Assembly (NCBI GenBank): GCA_025558095.1
Contig: JAIVFI010000021.1
Location: 496,001 to 560,000 of the forward strand
Direction of reading: 5' to 3'
DNA: 64,000 nt
DNA from: Hyaloraphidium curvatum SAG 235-1
Lineage: Eukaryota > Fungi > Monoblepharomycota
Below, one piece after another: positions 39,009-50,966 of the stretch (positions are counted from its first letter, which is position 1; each line of letters begins with the position of its first letter). A program made the position numbers and the translations under genes. Under the pieces are notes generated by a model. The model had not been told where the DNA came from. It saw nothing but the letters and a program-made list of their open reading frames with translations, and ran no database searches.

Positions 39009-41642
39009 CAGTACTGAATTACAAAGATGAGCGGGAGCTTCAACTCGCCACCCCACACACAATTTTAATGCTATGGATTTGCCGTTTCGTGAGCTACAAG
39101 ATGTAGGCAGCGCCCTGCTTTTCCGGGATTTTTGGCCCTTATCTGTGGTGGGAAGCGTTTCGGCGTGGGGCGCCAAGTTGAAGTTAGATTCGGGGTTAAA
39201 GAAATTTAACCACAGCTAAGGCCTGAAAATCGGCCAGGATCCAGTTCTCCTAACAAATAGTCTAACCCGTGGGGTCCCGGGCCTTCGCTCACGCGTGCCC
39301 GGCCCCAAATCGGCCGCAATTGGAGGCACTCCACCGCCGCGATGGCCGAAGGTCGCGGCTGGATAGCTGCCGCCGTGGCCGGCGGGATCGTTTTGGCCGT
39401 CTTCGTGGTGCTCTTTGGCATGGTCGCCGGTGTCGGCCGTGGTCGGGATGGCCGCGGAAGGTTCTCCCTGGGGGACACCTCGACGAGCACCACGACCGCC
39501 CTCCGCCAATCACCGGTCACGAAACGGCGCAAGACCGCTGATGGGCTTGCACTGGAAGATGGAGCAGCTTTTGTTGAGCAGCGGCGCGCTCGAGCCGCGG
39601 AGAACACCCCCGGCGGGGAGAACGAGGCCGAGGGCCGCGGGACGCGACGTGCGGCATCCCAGCTCAATGTGGACGGCTACAAGGACGTTTCTGGCTCTGG
39701 AGAGCGTCTGTGCACCCACTGTAAGGAGAAAGGACATTACATCACGACGTGCCCAAAGCGGCAGAGGTGCAGACAGTGCCAGGGCAAAGGCCACGCGAAG
39801 AACTACTGTCCCGAGCTGTACCCCGGTCTTCTCAGGTTCGGGAGGCTTCTGACCGTCGAGGAGAATATCAGAATGCTCGGCATCCCCGAAGTGCTAAACA
39901 GGAAGCCCGGAGAACCGCTGTCATACGACCTCCGGAAAGCATACCTCCGGATTCTATACCACCAGAAGGCCATGGGAGTCGGTGATCCAGTCAAAAAGGT
40001 TGCGCAGATGGTTGGGGCCTCGGAAGGGACCATCAGGCAGCTGTACAACGAGTTTGAAAGGAGCGGCAAGGTGGCCTTGTGGGCGGACCGCAGATCTGAT
40101 CGAACCTTCAACACGACGACGGAATGGAACGCATTTGTCATCGACTACGTCAGCAAACAGCACAGGGCAATGTGCCGTGTCCGTACCAAGAAGCTACAGA
40201 AGGAAATGGTGCGGGAATTCAACCGATTCTTCAGTCTTCGATACGTGCGTGCCCTCTGCAAGCGCCTGGGCTTCGGATACAAGGAGATTGGAGGCCACAA
40301 GATCGTTGTCATGACTCCAAACATCCATGTGCGGCGGTATGAGTACCTGCGAGAGCGGTACCGGATTCGCAAAGCGGAGAAGGAGCCCGACAAGAAAGTC
40401 GTCTCGGTAAGTCCCTCCCTCGCTGCTGTTCTGAGCTCCCGCTGACTCTTCACCCCAGTACTGGCTCGATGAATCGTACGTCCATCAAAATCACGTCAGC
40501 AACTTTACCTGGTATCGTCCCGGCGATGAGGTTCCCCACCCGGACGGGTACGGAAAGCGGTGGTGCATCATCGGCTGTGGATCGAGATACGGATGGCTCG
40601 AGCCTCCCAAAGTGTTCCAGGGCGATCATAAGCTGGCGGATTACCACGGATCCATGAATGCGAGGCACTTTGAAGAGTGGGCTCGGGGTGCATTTCGGAA
40701 GATGCGCGAAAAGGACCCGGAGGGCGAGATCCACGTACACATGGACAATGCTGCGTACCACATTGCACCTGTGGAGGGTCAGAAACGGATCTCGCAGCTG
40801 ACCAAGAAGGCAGATCTCGCCAAGGCCATCATGGACATGGGCACGACTCCGTACACAATGGAGCAGCTCACGGCGCGCAAAACGAAGACTGGAGGCGGCT
40901 TTACCGTCAAGGACCTTCGCAAGCTGCTGCAGGAGCTCGGATACCAGCCGGAACGCTTCATTGACAAGCTGGCACTCGAGTTCGACATCTACCTCCACTT
41001 CCTTCCCCCGTACCACCCCAAACTGAACCCCATCGAGCTTGCGTGGGCCCGCGCAAAGAACCGCGTTGCTGAGAACAACGAGTCGCGCAAGTTTGCCGAC
41101 GTCAAGGTCCTTCTGGAGGAGGGGTTTGCGCTGGTGGATGCTGCCGCATGGGAGAGGCTCGTCATTCATGCTGAGAAGGAAGAGGACGAGTACCGCCGCC
41201 AGGATGCAACCATGGTCATTCACATTGACGATGACGATGAGGAGGAGGCAGCTCTGGTGCCGCCGGAGCCTCGCAGTCGCTCTTTTCGGACCGCAGAGAT
41301 GGTCGTCGACAACGAGCTCGAGAGCGATGCGGACGATTCTGGGGACGCCGTCCAGCCCATTCCCGACGAGGACGATGAAGATGAAAGCGACGGATTGGCT
41401 GTGACGGTCCAGGAAGCGCTGGACGAGGAGTTTGACGCGGAGGTCGCTCTAGCGCTGGCAATGAACGCCGACGCCTGGGCCGAAATCCAAGCCGGGCGAA
41501 ACCCCAGCCCCACTGCCGTGCAGGCGGCTCTATTGGACGCGTCTCTGTAGATTTTCTAGGCGAAAACGATGTAATTGGTGTGTGGGGAACGAGACGAAGT
41601 TGTGTTTGGAAGTTTGCCGCTCAAGTACCCCGCACCGGACTG
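39009..41642 (+). mobile_element. IS630/Tc1/mariner DNA transposon, Sailor-like (DD96E), apparently full length
   Basis: TA|CAGT at 39007-39012 and ACTG|TA at 41639-41644. Both ends read CAGT-N16-GAGCGG...CTTC...CCCCACACAC..AATT inward (imperfect TIRs) and enclose a transposase gene. Confidence 0.85.
39342..41550 (+). CDS. DDE transposase (~718 aa) with two CCHC zinc knuckles and an HTH; one intron at 40407-40458
   Basis: CTHCKEKGHYITTC, CRQCQGKGHAKNYC; WLDESY (D1), DYHGSMN, MDNAAYH (D2), LPPYHPKLNPIE (E). Splicing the GT..AG intron gives an uninterrupted frame. Confidence 0.92.
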
Positions 41643-41664
41643 TAGTGGGCTTTGGCCCCGACTG

Positions 41665-41712
41665 TACACCTTTCGATTCCGAAAGGGTACACATTTCGAT
41701 TCCGAAAGGTAA
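41665..41712. repeat. Two tandem ~23-bp units, each a hairpin (tacac[c/a]tttcgattccgaaagg)
   Basis: Read directly; located just outside the right TIR and 3' of MDM31. Confidence 0.8.
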
Positions 41713-41727
41713 ACGCGGGACAGTTCG

Positions 41728-44060
41728 CTAAAGAAGCGCCTCGAACGGATCTCCGGAGTAACCGCGGATCCCCTTTGCGTGGCATTAGATGCTCGTCGTT
41801 CGGCAACGACCACCTTCACAATCACCTTCAAGTGCTCGTAAAGGGTCCGCGCTCCGCGTGCCATGCTTCGGATGCTCCACAGACCGACCCGCTTCAACCG
41901 GCGTGCGCGCTCGCGTTCGTCCTGAACCAGCTTCGTCAAGGCCTCGCCGACGCCGTCGGAAAACTCTTCGATGAGCTGGCAATCGTAGATCGTCCATGAG
42001 CCTCTCAATTGGCCCTGATTTGAACACATCAGGAGCACGCGAGACCAGCGTACGAAGTACACGTACCATGGGAATGAAGCTTGTGAACCGCAACGGTATG
42101 GAGGTCCGGTTTGCGTTCATGTAGGCTACTAGCGGTCGGATCATGGCATTGGCCAGATAAGACATGTGCTCCGTTGCAATCGGTACGTTGGCCTTCAGGT
42201 TGTTGAGGCGCACGTCCACCATCATGCCAACTCCATCCGTGGGACCCGGCACCTGTGCCGGCTCGTGCTGACCGCTGTCGTCCGGGGCTGCCACGGGCGT
42301 GCCAGGTCGCGGCCTGGTCGGTGCGTGCTGCTTCCGATGCAATTCCTCCGCAAATGTTCTCTCATACGACCTCATTGAAACGACCTCCGCAACCTTGTCG
42401 ATGCCGCTGCTCCTCACCGCGCCCAACTGGGCAGCAACCCTCGCGACAACGTCGTCCCCTCCTGTGAATCTCGCGGCGACGCGAGGCATCTGAATCTTGA
42501 CGTCCATATCCAAAGTACCGGACGTGATCCATCCAAACGGTCCCACTGCGCCGTGGTTGAAGAAATCGATGGGCACACCGTCCACCCGCAGACGGGATAT
42601 CTTGCTGGATTTCCAGTCGATCGGAACGTGCAGCGAAGAAAGAATTGTCGAGCCATCCTCGTCGGCAGTGTCGGCCCCCGTTGGCAAATCCCTCCACGGT
42701 CCATTGGGGGGTAGAAGCCATCGGGCCGTCGCGGCTTCCATCGGGTCGCTGATTTTGTGAATGCTGAACAGGCAGTTGTCAAACATGCCAACAACGCTGT
42801 CCGCAGCTAAAATGTCGTAGAGCATCCACTCTTGCCGAAACACGGGGAGGTCGGCGGAGAACACGCTAATGGTGTAGGGCCGGAACGAAGGAGACAGCAC
42901 TGTCACGGCCAAATCCTCGACAGTGAAATTCTGTAGCTCGAAAATGCCGGGAATGTGGGACTCGCGTGAGCTCACGGGATCCCACGAAAACTGGCTCCAG
43001 TCAACGGTTCGACGATCCACGACACCCCGAACGCCCTTCATGGCGCAGTTCTTCACGATGCCCTTGCCTAACAACGCACAAAAGCGGTTAACTTTCAGGT
43101 TTGTTTTGTCTTTGACGCCGCGCATACCTTCGAGCGCTCTCCAGAAGCTGAGCGTCACGTCCACTTCGGAAGCGTTGAATTCGTACATCGTGAAGTTGCT
43201 GTCGACTTCATCGTCCATGAGGCTCGATACCGCAAGCTCCCGCATCATTTCCTCTTTGCGGACGTCACGGTTTCGGATCACGTTGACGTTTCTCAGCCTA
43301 ATAACTCCCTCCCGCCATCGCGGGACGATGGCGGATTCGAAAGTTATGTTGGCCCCGACAAGACCCTTAATGTACGTGGAAAGAGCACGAGCAAAGTACT
43401 CTGGCACGCGACAGGGATCAGCGGGAACACGCCGGCAGAAAAGGCTTGCACACCTTGGAACTGCAGGCTGTTCGCCAACCAGACGACGATACTGACAAAG
43501 GTGGTGGTGCCGGCCAAAATGAGGAAAGCGTTCCCCACAAAAATCCAGCTGAATAAAGCCAGGAGATCATCGAACTTCCATTTGCGATTGAAGTTGGAAC
43601 CCTTGAGGAACATTTGCGTTCTGTGCTTGAGTCGCTCCCAGAACATTGGTGCAACGGAACCCCCAACAGATGAGGCCGGTGCATCTTTCCCCGATGCCCC
43701 GGGTCCTTGCGCGGAGGAGAAACATCGCCGTCCTCGATGCGCGAGCGGTCGATGCGGCAGCGGAGTACGATCCAGCGCTGGGCCAAGGCCGTGGAGACAG
43801 CGATACTCTGCCACAAGGATATCGGTCTGCCTGGAGGCACCGCTCCAGGGCCGACAAGGAGATCCGCGACCATTCAAGTTCCGAGTGAAAAAGGAGGCCA
43901 ACCGCGGACAGGTGCGCGAGAAGCTGCGCGACTGGAAACCGCATCCCCGCCAAGTTCCTGCGCCGGCGGAGGGCACAATGTCGAAGCAAGAGCGCCACAG
44001 CGAGTTCACTAGAACTCTTAAGTAGCGCCGCGTAGCGATATGGGGACGCTCCAAGGACAT
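41728..44060 (-). CDS. MDM31: Mitochondrial distribution and morphology protein Mdm31/Mdm32, multi-exon
   Basis: DDLLALFSWIFVGN..ILAGTTTFVS..NSLQFQ|EY; FESAIVPRW; MKGVRGVVDRR; GMFDNCLFSIH; PFGWITSG; RRLKRVGLWS. Confidence 0.92.
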
Positions 44061-44201
44061 CGCGGCGGGAGTGATAACTCAGGTAAGCACGCTGCTCGTC
44101 GCGCGCGTCTTATCGCACATGGAACCCGTGGGGAACACACGCTCCGCCTAATGGCGTGACTAAATCATTGGGCGAATGGAATTTGGAGCCGGACGCGCGC
44201 G

Positions 44202-47200
44202 ATGGAAGCAGTGCAGGCCGCATTCCTGGGATTGAACGAGAGGCCGGAACCTCCGCGGCCGCTTAAGCGCGATGCGACCGAAACGCAGGTAAAGATAGCC
44301 GCTGCACAAGACTGGTCTCTCTAATGGCTCGTGTTAGCTCTCGTACGGCCTAGAAATCTTTGGCGAGGCTATTCGACACCAGAGCCGCGGGGAACTGGCC
44401 CAAGCCCGGGAGCTGTACGAGCAGCTGGTGGATCTGAGCTTCGTGCGACGCCTTCAGTCTGATCAAGTGAGTGAATGATTGCTTTTCGTGCTTTAGTCAG
44501 TCTAGAACGATCGTGGACAAGCAGTCTCCTGCGGGAGATGAGGACTCGCCGTCGACCGGCCCAAGGCATGACGGAAGGCTTCTCGTGCACTCGGTTTACA
44601 GAAGCTACGGAGCTCTGCTCGATGCGCTGGGAGATCATGAGGCTGCACGGGACATGCGGGAACGTGCGCTGCATATTGACCCGAATCACGCTGCTCTCTG
44701 GAATGAGCTTGGCAATGTTGCTTCAGCCACCGAGGCGTACCTTGACGCCTCGCGGGCGTATGAGAATTGCATACGGCAGTCTACTATGATGCGGCACAAG
44801 CTCATCGCTTTGGAGGGCCTGGTTGCTGCCACGGAGAAACTGGGAGATGTGGAATCCGCGCTCCAGTATGCTTCCGAGCGATTAGTTTTGGACCCGAAGT
44901 GGCACGCTGGAAACGAGCTTGCGTCAAATGTCGTGGAACTACCTGTGGCACATCATCCTTTGGGCTTCCGCGGCTTTCACTCTTCCGGCGCGTTGCCTGA
45001 CCCAAGCCTTGGCCCCGCAAACTCGGACCATACCAGGATGACACCAATTGCGACGGACGTGTCTATGCAGACACAAGCCTTGGGAGACGCAAGCTTCGCC
45101 GCACTTGGAAGACTGCTCGCACAGCTCTCGCGTGCAGAGCTCGATTCTCCCCACGACGAACTGGAGGATGAGCGGGTTTCGTTCATTCGACCTCTACGAG
45201 TTACTCTTGAGGTCATGGAGAAAGCCTCTTTCGAAGGAAGCGAAGTTCGCAGAACAGTGGATCCCTTCCCATCCCCTTCTCGCAAACGGAAAGCTGCAAA
45301 CGACTCGGATACCGGGGACGGGGAGGATTGCCCGCCTTTGCTTGTAGCTCCGCCAAGCCAATTGGATCGTATCGATGGCGAGGGTGAAAATTCGCACGAT
45401 GGCACCGCGGAACAGCATGCAGCGGAGGATCGCGATGTCACGGACGATAGACCACGCCGTTCGCTTCGCGGTGCTCGTCGACAAGAAGATGCACAGGATG
45501 AAGATGCCACTTTGCTGTCGAAGCGGCCTTTAGGATCCGAAACGGTCTTCGATGGCACATCAGAGGCGAAGTTGATTGCATTGATGGATCAAGTCCTCCC
45601 AGCGAGTTTCCACGATTGCTTGGCCCACTTGGAGGGCGGCCCGCCGGACAACCTTGTCGCTCAGCATATGGAACGCATCATGGACATCTCCCACGGAGGT
45701 TGGCGAAGGCGATTCAAGAAGCGAAAGCCGGACTCGGAAGCCGAGGCAGGCGTCGGCAGGTTCCTGGGGTCTGTGAAGGCCCAATTTGCTGGAGAGGCGG
45801 CTTCGTTCCTCACGGATTCGTCGGCGGTGCTCGACTTTGTTGAAGCTTGTGACGGGCTTCCGCTTGCCGCTTGGATCGATCGTTTTGTCAATGACTGCTG
45901 CTTCGCTGCACATTCCCCTGATTGTGGACGGTCTAGATGGCTTGCTACGCCGTTTCCCCCTTCGCTGGTGTCTGTGATTTGCGAATTGTTGCTTACGTCA
46001 GACATCTGTGGTGTGGGTTTCCAAAGATATGCCACCCGCGTTCTTTGCAAACCTTGCGAGGAACCACAAACACCTATCGGAGTTGTCAGGTCGGACTGCC
46101 AGCAGTCTGACCCGTTGACGGTTATCTCGCAGCGCCTGGTGACCGCCGCGGAGATTGTGCTTGATCAATTTGTTGATCAGTGCATGGAGCGCGGCACCGG
46201 TCACATGGACGACAACCATTGCAAGACGTTGGGCTCCTACCTCGGCATCGTCGGTTCGATTCTTGGTGATGCCGCCGCCGTGGAAACCAAGATACGGTAA
46301 GCGGGCTCTCCAAAGCGTGCGTTGTAGAAGTCTCCTGAAGTGTCCTGTAGATTCTACTGGCTCTTGGGACGGTACAAACTCGTGGAGGGGTTGGCCGATG
46401 AAGCCGACGTTGCCTTTGAGAAGTGTGCCAATTTCTGCCAACGGCTTGGTGAGGCTGTTGTTCTTGCAAATGCGTGAGTCCTTCGCCGCTATGCTAGCTG
46501 GGCCGCCTAATCGCGTCAAAAGGCGGTGGGACGGCGTGATCAGCAGCGACGCCGTTGCAGAAAAGCTTCGCGCCATCAAGGCTCGACGTTTCGTGGAAAT
46601 GATCAGCGCGACGTTCAAGGCGGGGGATTACCAAGTGGTGTTCGGGGCGCTCGAACCTTTGCTAATCCGAGAAGCGGCAACGTTGCCAGCATCTGTGGAT
46701 GCGGATGCGGAGGTTTCTCGCGAGTCAATTCTTGGCCTTCCGGCATCCGACAGTGTCCTTCTGCTGGAGTTGATGATGAAGGTACTGTGTGAGAACGGCA
46801 TCAATGTGTTGTCTTCTCACGTAACCCGTCTGCAGTCAGCAGAGGCCGCGAACAAGCCACCCCACATCGTTTCTGAGATTGGTGCGAAAGAATTTGAGGC
46901 ACTGGTTCTGCATCTCGCGGCGTCGTCGTCGACGCTGGATGTATTGGAGAAGGTAAGCGGACTGGTAGCTTCCCCTTGGACCCAGAGCCCTCATTGTCCT
47001 CCGCCAAGCTGGACTCTCTGCTACACCGCTTGAAGCTCGCATGGCAGCGCGGTGACCCGTCTCATTGGGGACGTGCATCGATAACGGCCTTTTTCCGCGC
47101 TACATTTCAGGCGACCATGTTGGCGCATGAGATGCTCGTGCGTTGGTCGGAGTTTGTGCCCCTTGCCCAAAGGCCGTCCCCTGAAAGAGAACGGCTGCGA

Positions 47201-50143
47201 AACCTATGCCACCTTTTCGTCGTTCGGACCATGCAGTTGGTTACACAGGCAGGGCTCTACCACAGGGGTTCCAATTCGCACGAAGTTGCCGAGTTCCTGT
47301 TGTTCACCCATCAGTTGCTCGGTGCCCGGGACCTTTGTGGAGCTGACAATGGCAAGTCTTCCGCAGCCTGAAAAAGCTCTTAACGGCTCACGAACTGTTC
47401 CAAAGGCTCCTTTCTTGAGCAGTGTCGGGAGATATTCTCGAATGCTGGTCCCAGTTACAAGCATGCCAAAATTCAAATCTACAACTGTCTCTACGACGTT
47501 GTCCTGGACGTGAGGCGCTCTGGGACCGATTGGTTGCACGTGATTGACCTTCTGGGTTTAGCCCGAAGTCCCGTTTCAAAGGCATGCGACGCAAGCCAGG
47601 TCTTTGGACAAACATGTCTCCGAAATCGCTCTGGCCATTGCTCCTCGATGGGCAAGCAACCTGCAACGGGACCGTCCGAACGAAAGAGTGCGTCACACAA
47701 TGTCGGCAACGCTAGACAGGCTTATTTCGGCCGTCGGGGACCATTGGGAACGAAATGGTGAGACACGACAGGATGCCCGAGGCGAGGTGTCACTTCAATT
47801 ACTTCATCCATCCTCAGGGCACGTGCAGCGCAATCGCAACCTGCTGGAGCGTGTCCTGTCGTCCGACTGTAAGATTGAGCCTGCATCTGCGCGCCATTCG
47901 TTTCCTTGGCACGATGCCAGCACGCTCGCCGCAGCGTGCGATTCGATTCCTGGTAGGCACACCCTCCGTCCGACATGATTGTGGTTTCTCCATGAACCCC
48001 TTCAGCCGCTTGCTTCCACGTGTTTTATCTCAAGGGCACTCTCATGTTCCCCCAGTACGATGCTACAAAAAGCCAGTACACAGAACATGCAGTCGTTTTG
48101 GAGGACGTGGTGCTACCTTGCTTTCTGGTGAACTGGACTCATGGCCCGTTGAACCAACTCCGCTCATCCGCTGTCTTAGAAAAATCTCGAACTTAATTGT
48201 GACTCTTTGGAAGCATGGTGGTGCCTTGGATTGTGCTACGCGCACCTCGCTTGGAACGCCCTGGGTCAGGAAAGTGGATCGGTCCTGCGATCGAGGAGGA
48301 AAGATGTAGCCAGCTGGCAAAGGGTTGGTTCTGCCCTGCGCTCTCCTGCACCGGGCGTCTGAGCTCTGTTTTGATGCCAGCGAGCCTTCCACTGTTTGAC
48401 TCACGCCCTATACGGCATCAAAGATTCGCCGCAGGCGCTGATTTTCCGTGCTCCTTCTTTCCCTTTCCATCCCAAGTCGAGCTCAGCTGCGTCGGATTTG
48501 CTGTCGAGCTTGGGATGTCTCATCATGTCAATGATCTGCAGTCCCATGGAGGGTTTGGCGCTTCAACCTGCTTGCACGAGCGTCATGCCTTGCGCGGATC
48601 AGCAAGAAGAGGACGTTCAGGGCATCTCGCTCGCCAAGGAGGAAACGCTCCGGCAACGCTTCCTTACTTTTGCCGTGGCTTTGCTTCGGCAGTGCGCATC
48701 CCGGCAGAGAGAGGAATGGCAGCTTCCGTACATGATCGCGCAGTCGCTTCGGAAACTTGATGCGGCTCCTGCCTTGGTAAGCTTCTCTACGTTTGGTTGC
48801 GGCCTTGCCCGACGTTCCTCTCCGTAGATTTTGGGCTTTTTCCGGGAAGGGTTGGCATTGCAGCCACCTATGACATTGACTCGCGGCAAAGCTCCCCTGC
48901 TGGACTGCCGCCTCGAGATCCTGTCCTATCTTGGCAAAGACTCGGATCGCGGTCGCATTTCAAAGGCCGAAGCCTTGTCGGCTATCACTGCCCTCCCTGG
49001 CGAGCATGCCCACGTTGATGACTCCCAGCCCTCCCTGGTTAATGTCGTTTTGCAAGAGCTTTACCAGCTAAAGCGGCTGGATCCAGAAGGCTGGCATGTC
49101 AAGATACCTTACAACGTAACATCGCGTGCGCGGCTGATGACATCGTTGTCTCTAAATGCTGTTCATTCGCGCCGCAGATCGCGTGGCTGCAGTGGCATAA
49201 ATTGGCGGATCCTGAGGCTGCCAAAGCCACCTTGAACTCCATCTTCGGTGCCAATCATCGCCTCAAAGTTTGGAAATCTGGTGCTGCCAGACCGGGCGAT
49301 GTCCTGGCGACACGCCAGGCGATATATGCATTGCTTTTGGACGTGCTACAGGGCGCGAACGACATGGACGGAATCCGCTCCTTGCTTTCAAGAATCGGCA
49401 GGGACAGGAGCTCAAAGGACCTTTTCATGGAGGAGACCACGGACCCCGATTCGATATGGCGGACCGCCTTTGCCGCTGTCTTCGAGGTAGGTCTTTCCAG
49501 CGCACAATGCGCGACCGACCAAGTGACCTTGATTTGACAGCATGTGCGGGCGCAAGATGTCCTGGGGAAAGAACTTGTCCCCGTGAACCCCGGCATGTCC
49601 ACTGCATTGGGCGCAAAGCTGTCGCGCGCAGAGTTTGACCGGCTGGCACCCCGCGTGGAGGACCGAATGCTTGTGCTCGCGAGGAGGTCCGGCCAGGACT
49701 TGGCGTCCCGTCGGCTGAATCTGTTGCAGAAGCTCGAGGAACTGCGCAAATGGAGGGACGCGTGGCAATGGGGACGCAGTGTCTTGATCGTGGACACCGA
49801 CGAGGATTCGGATCTGGAGAGAATGGCCGTGGGAATCTACGGGTGGCTTTGGAGAACGGCGATCGTGGATGGGGAAATGAGCGTGTTCTCCAATGACGGC
49901 TCGGGACAGGCGAAGGAGGAGCAGAGGACCAACGACCCAAAGCTGCGATTCAAGCATGTTTCGCGCCGGGTACAGCTCTTTGTGCGAGGATTACCGCATG
50001 CCAGGACGATTGCACCATCCAAAGACAAGCAGGACCAGGACGCCGCTCAAGGCCCTCTATCATCTGGCGATGGGCCCCGCGAGCCCTCCATGTTCGGCGT
50101 CACCCCGAGCCACGGGCCCCGGTCCCCCACCGCGGCTCTCTGA
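44202..50143 (+). CDS. HIR3: Histone transcription regulator Hir3 / Cabin1-like TPR protein (HIRA complex), multi-exon
   Basis: N-terminal AFLGLN...ETQ, TPRs (YRSYGALL..ALHIDPNHAALWNELG), QIYNCLYDV, WWCLGLCY, WQLPYMIAQSLRK, WHVKIPYN, VWKSGAARPG. Size and motif order fit Hir3. Confidence 0.7.
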
Positions 50144-50915
50144 TGTAGCGCCCGAGGCGCTTTGCAAAACGACGGCAATTGCAGCGTCACTCCATCCCCG
50201 TCCCTTCATGGCTGCCTCGAGGTGCGACCTCTCGTCCGCCAGCGCTCGCCGCCTGGTTGACTTTTCGTCCATCCTTGATTTCCAGGCAAGCCAGAGTCCC
50301 AGCACTGAGCCACCGACGATGAGAGCAAGGGCCTTGGCCAGGATACGCGACGGGGCAACCGTGTCCGACTGCGGCATGGAATACACGAAGACGCCCCGCC
50401 CGATGCCCGGTGTCCGGGACGGCAAATCATTACCGCTTGGGAACAAGCCCGCGACCGTCGATTCAACATCCAGGGTCCCGCCCGTGGCGATTGTTTCGGG
50501 AATACGCTGCCCAAAACGCCTCTGGTTCTGGCCAGCGATGGCCCGGGCGGGCGACGCCCCGTGTCCCCGAGATTCCATTGACTCGTAGCCTGCTTCTTCT
50601 CCGGAGAAGGCCGCGTTCGATTCGTTCCAAAGAACCTGTTGCGCGTTGAAGCAGGGAGGCGTGCGGGACCGAGGACGATGCGGGATCACGCGGCGGGCCG
50701 GGGGGGGCGCGGGTGCCGGGCCGGCCCGCCGCCCCGCCAGGTCGCGCGGCCAAACACAAACAGTTCCGAAGCTGGCGGCAACAGGGTTTCGGAGAACGGC
50801 GAGGCCCCTTTCAAACTTCCCGTACGACTGTATAATTGCTTTTGGCAACGCATCGGACGGTAGTGGCGGCACTGGTCGAGAGTGCCGGCCACCCCGCGCG
50901 GTTGTTCTGCGGCAC
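50060..50915 (-). CDS. Hypothetical small single-pass membrane protein
   Basis: Open frame with TM segment ILAKALALIVGGSVLGLWLAW and a probable in-frame intron near 50640-50760. No family recognised. Confidence 0.35.
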
Positions 50916-50966
50916 GACCCAACGCCAGGCAACCTTGCCGAAGTGCTCCGCTGAACGATCGGACCA

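Noticed and set aside
41556-41727. MDM31 C-terminus reading into the transposon TIR
   Set aside because: A plausible final GT-AG intron gives ...EHLK|GIRGYSGDPFEALL* ending at 41728, outside the element.
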